Assembly (NCBI RefSeq): GCF_018350175.1
Contig: NC_058368.1
Location: 152,708,001 to 152,772,000 of the forward strand
Source: Felis catus
Taxonomy: Eukaryota
Direction of reading: 5' to 3'
DNA length: 64,000 nucleotides
Below are positions 1 through 9,316 of this stretch, piece after piece. Both the position numbers and the translations under genes were made by a program. The notes under the pieces were generated by a model that worked only from the letters and a program-made list of their open reading frames with translations, made no database searches and had not been told where the DNA came from. Position 1 is the stretch's first letter; each line of letters begins with the position of its first letter.

Positions 1-25
1 GATTTGTCTTTGTTCTTCCCGATAG

Positions 26-130
26 CCTTTTTCAATCACAGTGAGTGAACCTAGGGGCAGAAATGAATCTGTGCCTCTTACTCTCATCAGAGAAAAAGGA
101 ACTTATGGAATGGTCACTGTGACTTTTGAG
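26..130 (+). CDS. ADGRV1: ADGRV1 coding exon (~exon 5), 105 nt, phase 0-0
   Basis: gatag|CCT..GAG|gtaagt; reads PFSITVSEPRGRNESVPLTLIREKGTYGMVTVTFE (Calx-beta); not in ORF track. Confidence 0.93.
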
Positions 131-150
131 GTAAGTGTACTGTGCAATCA

Positions 151-241
151 CTTTATTTTTTATTTTTTTATTTTTTGAGAGCGAGAGGGAGCAAGCGAGC
201 TGGGGAGGGGCAGGGGGGAGAGCGAGAGAGAATCTTAAGCG
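151..241 (-). mobile_element. CanSINE 3' fragment
   Basis: T-rich tail, GA-rich tract, GAGAATCTTAAGC; tRNA-derived head absent. Confidence 0.7.
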
Positions 242-921
242 TATAAACAGCATCTCTTCTCAGAATTCAGTCTCCCCCGTGCCCTTCTTAGTTTTTTTTC
301 TCCATGATACTTATCATCTGAAAAATATGTATTTCTTTATCAGTTTTTCCTTTCATTAAATGTTAGGTCCTTGTGGGTAAGGAGTTTACCTGTTCACTGT
401 TGTATCCTTAGCACCTAAAAGAGGTCAGGCACAGAGTACTTAAGTACTTTTCAAAAGGAATGATTTTATTACATCTTTATATCTAGCCTGTTAGTATGTT
501 ATTATGATTATTTTAAAGATGGGGAAAGTGCTGCTTGGAGTTGCTGAATACTTGCCCAGTGTTAAACAGTCACTGGTGGAATTGCCATGTGATTCTATGA
601 CTTAAGAGAATTTACCAATTTTGAATACCTTCCTCTCATGGAAGAATACATTTTTTCTCAGGTTTAATATAATGGCTTGAAAAAATAAAAAAGAGAAAAC
701 CCTTAGAAATCATGTAGTTTAATGTGATTATAGTCCATATCTATAATTACAGGCCTTGACTATTAATTACAAGGGCAAACTTATATACAGTTTTCTATAA
801 TTCTTCTTATAAAACATTTTTAAGTAAAAACCAGATTTTTGTCATTTAACGTCACAATAATGCTTTCTTACTCTAGTGAAATATTTTGCATTTATGGATG
901 GTATTATGTGTTTCTTTTCAG

Positions 922-1035
922 GTAGAGGGTGGCCCAAATCCACCTGAGGAAGATTTGAGCCCAGTTAAAGGAAATATCACCTTTCCCCCTGGCAGAGCAA
1001 CAGTAGTTTATAACTTGACAGTACTTGACGATGAG
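922..1035 (+). CDS. ADGRV1: ADGRV1 coding exon (~exon 6), 114 nt, phase 0-0
   Basis: ttttcag|GTA..GAG|gtgaga; VEGGPNPPEEDLSPVKGNITFPPGRATVVYNLTVLDDE. Confidence 0.95.
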
Positions 1036-1472
1036 GTGAGATAATATAAATGCTTCAATGGGACAGAGATTCTGTCTGCAGTATAGACATGTTAGAACAT
1101 TATGTCAAGCATTAAATTGTGTTCAGTATTTGAAATTATTCAAGAACTTAGTCCTATGTAAAACTAGTGTATTGTACTAACTAGTTAGTGTATACTTTAG
1201 CTATAAATAGCCATTTTGGTGGATATCTGGTAAATATTTACCTTATTTATTTCATAATTGTGTATATAAAAGCTGATGAACCTGAATATAACTGGCAACC
1301 ACATGTAATACAGTAACTTAAGTATTTGGTAAACCTTGATGATTGTTTTTTGTTAGTGATTGCAGTTTTGAGTAGGTATAGTCCTACCTACCCAGCATAA
1401 GTATTTTACTATAAAAGCAAAGAAAATTCTACTGTAATTGATATCCTTTTGTTTAGATATTTTAATTAAACA

Positions 1473-1653
1473 TTTTTTTTAATTAAAAATTTTTTAAAAA
1501 TATTTATTTAGACACAGAGAGAGAGCACGAGAGAGGGAGACAGAATCCGAAGCAGGCTCCAGGCTCTGGACATGGGGTTCAAACCCACAAACTGTGAAAT
1601 CATAACCTGAGCCAAAGTCGGACACTTAACCGACTGAGCCACCCAGGCACCCC
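1473..1653 (-). mobile_element. CanSINE
   Basis: ..CTGAGCCACCCAGGCACCCC end; TSD-like ttgttt(a/g)gatattttt. Confidence 0.9.
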
Positions 1654-1833
1654 TTGTTTGGATATTTTAAATGTTCACATTCATGGGAAAGCTTTAGTTA
1701 TTTTTACATTTCACATTGAAGCTACCAAGGATTGAGATAAATGAGATAGCTAACTTAACTAGGGAGAGAATTGATTTTGAACAATAATGTGCAAGGATAT
1801 CTCCGTGAGCTAAATGAGAGAAAACATAACTTT

Positions 1834-1868
1834 TACACTTGATCTTAGCCAAAAAGCTGAGACACGAT
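1834..1868 (-). pseudogene. 3'-truncated U2 snRNA retropseudogene (U2 nt 1-35)
   Basis: Reverse complement ATCGTGTCTCAGCTTTTTGGCTAAGATCAAGTGTA matches U2 5' end ATCGCTTCTCGGCCTTTTGGCTAAGATCAAGTGTA at 31/35; 18-bp direct repeats at 1818-1835 and 1870-1887. Confidence 0.93.
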
Positions 1869-2234
1869 TGAGAAAACATAACTTTTAATGAAACAATCTT
1901 AGTATTGTCAGAAAAAAGAAGAGAGAATAGCTGGGAATTTATAACCATGCTTCTACTTTCCAAAAAAAAAAAAAAAAATCAAGAAACCAAATCACAACAA
2001 ATCCTAAGAGTATAAAAACAAATGAATTAGAAGATATTATTAGAAACTCTCTCCTTGAAAAAAGTGAAGTGGTATTAGCATTGATAACTCTAGTTGATCT
2101 GGTTATGTAAACTAATAAAAACCTTTGGTTTTTAGATCCTTGGAAAGGTTATAATTTAGGGCAATGATTAATTATACATTTTAACTATAAACCTAAGAGA
2201 TCATCTTCTGAGGATAATGTACATCTTGGTACCT

Positions 2235-2397
2235 ACAGTTAATAAAACAGTGTTGTATGTTTGAAAGTTGCTGAGAGTAGATCGTAAGTGTTCAGCCTCG
2301 CACCTGTAAGAGTCAACTATGTGAGGTGATGGATGTGTGAATTCTCTGGATCTTGGCAATCATTCAGATATGTGTATGTATATCAAACCATCATGTA
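2235..2397 (+). mobile_element. Old L1 (L1MA/MB-like) 3' end fragment
   Basis: TTGAAAGTTGCTGAGAGTAGAT..AACTATGTGAGGTGATGGATGTG typical L1M 3'UTR; recognised by eye. Confidence 0.75.
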
Positions 2398-2877
2398 GAA
2401 TTTATAGAAAAAGCTCAAGCAGTATACTGAAGAAGAAATCCCTAGGATTTCTGTGCAGTTGCAAAAAAAAGTTTCACTTTAACCAGGTGAACATTTGCGT
2501 GATAGTGACTCTTAGAACTTGTTCTCCAGAGAGGCATGATGTGTATTTTGGAAATCATGATTGGTCTCGTACATTTACCTCTTGAATTAGAAACCATTTA
2601 GAGAGAAGCAAGAATAATTCACATGGTTGAAAACTAACCATTTGTATGTGATGTTTAATGTAGTTTTCCAGATTCTTAGATATTATATATCTATAATATT
2701 ATTCCAGCTTCTTAGATATTCTTATATTTATTATTAGATTACCATAATGCTGCTTTTGATTCTACTAATCTGATAAAACTAGTAAAATTTTATGTCCAGT
2801 TTTACTGTCATATCATTAGCATTATGTAGAGATTGGTCAAAGTTAAAGACATATACCTATACTTTAATACTTGTCCA

Positions 2878-3110
2878 GGGGCGCCTGGGTGGCGCAGTCG
2901 GTTAAGCGTCCGACTTCAGCCAGGTCACGATCTCGCGGTCCCTGAGTTCGAGCCCCACGTCAGGCTCTGGGCTGATGGCTCAGAGCCTGGAGCCTGCTTC
3001 CGATTCTGTGTCTCCCTCTCTCTCTGCCCCTCCCCCGTTCATGCTCTGTCTCTCTCTGTCCCAAAAATAAATAAATAAACGTTGAAAAAAAAAAATTAAA
3101 AAAAAAAAAA
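2878..3110 (+). mobile_element. Young felid CanSINE (SINEC_Fc-like)
   Basis: GGGGCGCCTGGGTGGCGCAGTCGG head, intact CpGs, long A tail, perfect TSD aatacttgtcca. Confidence 0.95.
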
Positions 3111-3345
3111 TACTTGTCCAGACAATTGCTTTATGAACTTTTCTTTACCTATCTAAAATATATTATTTAACTTAGGAAAATATTTTAATATATAGCTATT
3201 AAACAGGCCTCTCTGTTTCCTCCCTCCAGTTAAAATATTTCTGTTTCTATGTTTGTATTGAAACATAGTGACTTTGTATACTTTGGTTTCTTTGCAGATG
3301 TTTTGGCTATTGATATTTTTGCTCCTGTTTATATTTATTTGACAG

Positions 3346-3911
3346 GTACCAGAAAATGATGAAATATTTTTGATTCAACTGAAAAGTGTAGAAGGAGGAG
3401 CTGAGATCAACATCTCTAGGAGCTCAGTTGAGATAATCATTAAGAAAAATGATAGTCCTGTGAGATTCATTCAAAGTGTTTATTTGGTACCCGAGGAAGA
3501 TCACATACTCATAATTCCAGTGGTTCGTGGGAAAGATGACAGTGGGAATCTGATTGGATCTGATGAATACGAAGTTTCAATCAGTTATGTTGTTATAACC
3601 GGGAATTCAACAGCACATGCCCAGCAGGACTTAGATTTCATTGATCTTCAGCCAACCACAACTATTGTTTTTCCACCTTTTATTCATGAATCACACCTAA
3701 AATTTCACATAGTTGATGACACCATTCCAGAGATTGCTGAATCATTTCATGTTGTATTATTAAAAGATACCTTGCAGGGAGATGCTGTGCTCTTAGGTCC
3801 TTCTACTGTGCAAGTCACAATTAAGCCAAACGACAAACCTTATGGAGTCCTCTCATTCAACAGTATCTTGTTTGAAAGGACAGTGGTAATTGATGAAGAT
3901 ACAACATCAAG
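3346..3911 (+). CDS. ADGRV1: ADGRV1 coding exon (~exon 7), 566 nt, phase 0-2
   Basis: gacag|GTA..AAG|gtatgg; ORF 3370..3921 with Calx-beta motifs (DDTIPEIAESF, NDKPYG). Confidence 0.97.
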
Positions 3912-3942
3912 GTATGGTTGATTTTAAACCTTGCTACACTTA

Positions 3943-4123
3943 TTTTATTTTTTAAATGTTTTTAATTTTTGAAAGGTGGGGGGAAGGGCATAGAACAAGA
4001 GGGACAGAAGATCTGAAGTGGGTTTTGTGCTGACAGCAGACAGACTGATGTGGGGATCGAACCCATGAACTGTGAGATCATGACCTGAGCTGGAATCAGA
4101 TGCTTAACTGACGTAGGCGCCCC
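3943..4123 (-). mobile_element. CanSINE (diverged)
   Basis: GAGATCATGACCTGAGCTG..GGCGCCCC; begins ~30 nt after exon ~7 donor. Confidence 0.85.
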
Positions 4124-4459
4124 TATTTTATTATTTTAAGATAATACGTTATTTGAATATATTATTCCAAGATTTAGTATTTGTGGTGTTGGACATAGTG
4201 CCAAACTGTGCCATTTCTTCACCATGGTTTTGCTGTTTTTTCTTCTTATTTTCAGAGTAATTTAAATATGCAAGTGAATTCACATTATGATAAATTCCGA
4301 GGACACATCTACATATCTACCCGCTCATATTAAAAACATTCATTCTTTGTGATAAGGATTCTGCTTTTACTAATATCTGATGGCTAGTTTGATGTTGAAA
4401 AACCTAGCTAAGGGAAACAGTATAATATGTGACCTTATATATTTCTTTTAAAACTCTAG

Positions 4460-4730
4460 ATTTGAAGACATTACAGTGGTTAGGAATGGTGGCACCCATG
4501 GGAATATTTCTGTGAACTGGGAATTGACACGGAATAGCAGTGATGCTTCACCGGTAATAGCAGATATCAGACCAAGTTCCGGAGTTCTCCATTTTGCACA
4601 AGGGCAGATGTTGGCATCAATTCCTCTTACTATCATTAATGATGATTTTCCGGAAGAGGCAGAAGCTTATCTACTTCGGATTCTGCCTCATACTATAAAA
4701 GGAGGTGCAGAAGTGAGCGAACCAGCAGAG
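4460..4730 (+). CDS. ADGRV1: ADGRV1 coding exon (~exon 8), 271 nt, phase 2-0
   Basis: ctctag|A..GAG|gtagat; ORF 4476..4826 (VRNGGTHGNISVNW, NDDFPEEAE). Confidence 0.96.
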
Positions 4731-4983
4731 GTAGATCACTTGTTATGTTTTACTTCTGTGAATATTTCTGTGTTACAGAGGAGCCAAAGAATTTGGTCAC
4801 ACAAATCACTTTTATGCTTAGTTTGATGCGCAAATCACTTTTATGTTTAGTTTGATACAACAGGAGAAACACTGGTTTTGGAAATGACATTTGTTTCTTT
4901 TGCTCAAGATTGTCTCTTCTGTAAATAAGTTCACTCTTCAAAAAGATCCTATGAACAGTACATTAGTAAGGTCGTCAAATCTA

Positions 4984-5199
4984 TTTTTTTAAATTCTTTT
5001 TAATGTTTATTTATTTTTGAGAGAGACAAATTGTGAGTGGGAGAGGGGCAGAGAGAGAGGGAGACACAGAATCTGAAGCAGACTCCAGGCTCTGAGCTGT
5101 CAGCACAGAGCCCAATGTGGAGCTCAAACTCAACAAACCACGAGATAATGACTTGAGCTGAAGTCAGACTTTTAACCGACTGAACCACCCAGGTGCCCC
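4984..5199 (-). mobile_element. CanSINE
   Basis: Full body; TSD tcaaatct(a/g)ttttt. Confidence 0.92.
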
Positions 5200-5366
5200 T
5201 CAAATCTGTTTTTGATTCATATTTTACTCTGTTACATATAAAAAGTGACCATCTTTAGACATGATCTGTAAATAAATACTAAAAATCAGAATAGCCTAGA
5301 AAATAAATAGTTTGGTGTTGTCAGATGTGAGAATTCTGTACTTTAATATTTTATTTTTATCTGCAG

Positions 5367-5696
5367 CTTTTGTTCTACATTCAGGATAGTGATGATGTTT
5401 ATGGCCTAATAATATTTTTTCCTATGGAACACCAGAAGATTGAAAGCAGCCCGGGTGAACGATATTTATCCCTGAGTTTTACAAGACTAGGAGGAACCAA
5501 AGGAGATGTGAACATGTTTTATTCTGCACTTTATATTCCTGCTGGAGCTGTAGACCCTTTGCGAGCAAAAGATGGCATCTTAAATACATCCAGGAGAAAT
5601 AACCTCATTTTTCCAGAGCAGAAAACCCAAGTTACTACAAAATTACCAATAAGAAATGATGCATTCCTTCAAAATGGGGCCCACTTTCTAGTAAAG
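5367..5696 (+). CDS. ADGRV1: ADGRV1 coding exon (~exon 9), 330 nt, phase 0-0
   Basis: ctgcag|CTT..AAG|gtattt; ORF 5370..5705. Confidence 0.96.
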
Positions 5697-6346
5697 GTAT
5701 TTTAATGATTAAAACAGTTTAAACTTTGGCTAACCTGCACGTGTACTTGTCTCTGTGAGAGAGTTAACTGAACATTATCTTGCCCTTATTTATGGTTTAG
5801 ATTCTACCATTGGTTACTAAATTTTGTTGAGGGGGTCCAAAGAGAGGCTGTGTCTGTTCCCAAGCCATATAAGGATGAATAAAACAAGGATCCTACTAAA
5901 GTTAATATTGTAATCAAGTGATAATAAAAGTACACCAACTTGAAATGCAGGTCAGAATATAATGGGTGACACAATGGAGTAACACAGATTGTTTAATGAA
6001 GAAGGGCCAGGGAGTGGGGAGATAGAGTGAGAGATCTGCCATTCTTTGGAGTTGATTTGGGCTAATGTGACATAGGAATGGGATTTGTAGGATAAATACT
6101 GTTTTTCATGATGGCTGCTGCAGGGAAGGCATTCCAGAAATAAAAAAGCAATATGAGAAAAATTGTGTAGATATTTTTAAATAATATACTGAAATCTGAT
6201 TCTTTTGTCTATTAACTATAGATGCAATCTCTGGCTTTTCATCTCTTTAATAATAAGAAGTTAGGGCCCCATAACATATTCTTCCATGTTGTTTTTTTTT
6301 TTATTTCTTAACTTTTATTAGCCAAAATATTATTTTATTGCCAAAA

Positions 6347-6557
6347 TTTTATTTATTTTAATGTTTAGTTTTGAGAGAGAGAGACAGGCAGACAGAGCAC
6401 CAGCCAGGGAGGAGCAGAGAGAGTGACAGAATTTGAAGCAGGCTCCAGGCTCTGAGTTGTCAGCACAGAGCCTGATGTGGGGCTCGAACTCCCGAACTGC
6501 AAGATCATGACCTTCGCTCAAGTTGGATGTTTAACTGACTGAGCCACCCAGGCGCCC
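6347..6557 (-). mobile_element. CanSINE
   Basis: Full body; TSD ttattgccaaaattt. Confidence 0.92.
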
Positions 6558-7503
6558 TTATTGCCAAAATTTAAAAAATCTGCACTCATTTGTGATACTG
6601 TGGCTCATTTTCCATGCATTTGGTTTTGGTTGCATCTGAAAATTAGCAATAAAATTGGTGCTTATCAAATTTTGGTTATGTAAATAAATTTAATACAGAA
6701 TTAGATAGTATGAATGGATGGATAAAGAGTTTATAATCCTGTGTCACCACACATTTTGCTAACCGAAATATATATCAAATGAAATAGCATATTCCATTAA
6801 TTTTTTTTGAATCATGCACATTTAAACTGGTTTCATATTTTTGCCTAGAGTTTGTTTTGTGGTTTATTGTTGCTTTCTCTGGTATTAGTAATTGCTGTCT
6901 TCCTATATGCCATCCTTACCATGTTATAGCTTCCAGTTGTCTTATATGTTGGATGGTGAGATTAGCCATATTAACTGCTTTTTATGCTTGCTTCACACCT
7001 GCTACTTGGGATGGGTTTTACTGAGCTCCTGAATTTTCCTGATCTCTTGCCTTTTCCTTCTTGAATCGTGTTTTAGTTTTGTTGTAGTATATCTTCCTCA
7101 AATACATGTGCACAAAAGGAATATGCAAGGTAAACTTTTGAGTCTTTGAGCAGCTGAAAACAAAATCTCAAACTCAACATTGATAATTTGGCTTGGTAGA
7201 AATTTTTAGATTAAAATAATTTTTTCTTCAGCACTCGGAAAGTATTGTCTTTTAGCTTCCACAGTTGTTGATGAGAAATTTGAGGGGAAAGACATTATTT
7301 ACCTTTTTAGGTAACTTGCTCATTATCTCTGAAGGCTTTTTAAAATGTTTTTGGTGTTCTGAATTCTGCAGGGTTGTGTCCCACCTTGCTTATTAGCACT
7401 TGGTGGGATAGCTCTTTTATTCTGAAGACTTCTGTCTTTTTTTTTTTTTTAAGCTGGGCCACTGCTCATGCTTGTCCCATTTGTGTATTTCTTTTTAAAA
7501 TTA

Positions 7504-7727
7504 GGGGCGCCTGGGTGGCTCAGTTGGTTAAGCGTCCGACTTCAGCTCAGGTCACGATCTCGCGGTCTGTGAGTTCGAGCCCCGCATCAGGCTCTGGGCT
7601 GATGGCTCAGAGCCTGGAGCCTGCTTCCGATTCTGTGTCTCCCTCTCTCTCTGCCCCTCCCCAATTCATGCTCTGTCTCTCTCTGTCCCAAAAATAAATA
7701 AACGTTAAAAAAAATTAAAAAAAAAAT
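7504..7727 (+). mobile_element. Young CanSINE nested in the tail of the adjacent antisense SINE
   Basis: GGGGCGCCTGGGTGGCTCAG head, CT tract, A tail. Confidence 0.93.
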
Positions 7728-7729
7728 AA

Positions 7730-7923
7730 TTATTATTTTTTTATTTTAGAGAGAGAATGCATGCGAGCAGGGGAGAGGGGCACACGGAGAGAGAGAGAAT
7801 CTTAAGCAGGCTACACGCTCAGTGCATAGCCCATTTTGGGGCTTGATCCCAGGACCCTAGGATCATGACCTGAGCTGAAACCAAGAGTCAGACACTCCTG
7901 CAACTAAGTCAGCCAAGCACCCC
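7730..7923 (-). mobile_element. Older CanSINE
   Basis: GAGAATCTTAAGCAGGC..GATCATGACCTGAGCTGAAACCAAGAGTC; TSD tttgtgtatttctt encloses both SINEs. Confidence 0.88.
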
Positions 7924-8107
7924 ATTGTTTGTGTATTTCTTGAGGATTCCTGGTGGAGGGGTCTAGGTTACCTGTTATGGAGATATATGATTTATCAGTA
8001 TATAGAGAATGCCTCTTTGTAATATGTGTACCCAGAGGGAGACCTTTTGGCACTATTCCTAGAAAATTTTGTCACTAGTGGTATGAGAGTCTGCCTGTTT
8101 ATCTGTA

Positions 8108-8108
8108 A

Positions 8109-8138
<30 letters not shown>
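8108..8138. repeat. (ATT)n microsatellite
   Basis: About 10 units read directly. Confidence 0.95.
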
Positions 8139-8139
<1 letters not shown>

Positions 8140-8487
8140 TTATGTCCCCTCAAAATGGAGTACTTATGATGTGGTGCATACTTCTGTCTATGAGGATAAT
8201 GCATTCTTCGGAGCACCCATGAATTTCTCTTGGAGTGATGGGTGAGGAGAATATGGCCTTATATACAGTTGTATCTGCCTCCCCTTGGCTTGTGGGATGC
8301 TTTTGTGATATGACTGGCCAGATTATGGGGAGGGGTCTGGATCTGTGAAGTGGATTGAGTGCATGGTTGAGCCTGTGGCCCTGGCCCTGTTGAACAAGAA
8401 GTTAAAGTGACAAGAATGCGGCTACTAGAACACATTTAGAGATACATTTAGAAAGCTGTGAGTTTGGCCTTATAAAAAATGTCACAA

Positions 8488-8711
8488 CTTTTTTTTTAAA
8501 ATATTTTTTTAACGTTTATTTATTTTTGAGACAGAGAGAGACAGAGCATGAATGGGGGAGGGTCAGAGAAAGGGAGACACAGAATCCGAAACAGGCTCCA
8601 GGCTCTGAGCTGTCAGCACAGAGCCCGACGCGGGGCTCAAACTCACAGACCGTGAAATCATGACCTGAGCCGAAGTCGGCCGCTTAACCAACTGAGCCAC
8701 CCAGGCGCCCC
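8488..8711 (-). mobile_element. CanSINE
   Basis: Full body; TSD tgtcacaacttttt. Confidence 0.93.
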
Positions 8712-8945
8712 TGTCACAACTTTTTAAAATTGGTCCTAATAGATTGAAATACATCCTGACTTCACCAGCTTGCGCTTAGGGCAGCATTTTCCCAAGTTAG
8801 GAGTTTTCAAGAGTCTTTGGGTGATAATAACCTCTCAAGAAGAATTTCTTAATTTAATGGAGTTTTTTTTCACTTTTGGGGTGAACTCTGTCCTTTGCCT
8901 TCTCTGCTGTTGTCTGGATTCAGAGCTTTCTTATTAATAGACATT

Positions 8946-9316
8946 GTCTTAGGCTTCTGTAAAGAATACCGTAGACTAGGTGGCTTAAACAGCAGACATT
9001 TATTTTAAATAAATGTCTCCCAGTACTGGAGTCTGGGAAGTTGGAGATCAGGGTGCTGGGCATGGTGAGCGTCTGGTGAGAGCACTCTTCCTGGTTTGCA
9101 GACTAATAGTGTCTTATTGCTGTGTCCTCATATAGTGGACAGAGAGAGAGGAAACAAGCTCTTTGATGTCCCTTCGTATAGGGTCATTAATCTCACAAGA
9201 ACTCTACTCCATGACCACTTATCTCCCAAAGGTCCCATTTCCAAATGCCATCTCACTGGGGATTAGGTTTTCAATATGTGAATTCTGGGGGAACACAAAC
9301 ATTTAAATTCATAACA
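8946..9316 (+). mobile_element. MaLR (MLT1-like) solo LTR
   Basis: AGACTAGGTGGCTTAAACAGCAGACATTTATT..GGGATTAGGTTTTCAATATGTGAATTCTGGGGGAACACAAACATT..CATAACA. Confidence 0.85.

Noticed and set aside
1160..1200. 14-bp palindrome ACTAACTAGTTAGT containing TACTAAC
   Set aside because: Short and AT-rich; chance or small transposon relic cannot be excluded and nothing else supports function
2878..2960. tRNA-like A/B boxes
   Set aside because: Head of a tRNA-derived SINE, not a tRNA gene
2833..3078. Recurring ORFs with GAWVAQSVKRPTSAQVMIS-type peptides (also 5000, 7374, 8563, 29775, 44855, 51508, 52091)
   Set aside because: Translations of CanSINE bodies, not a gene family
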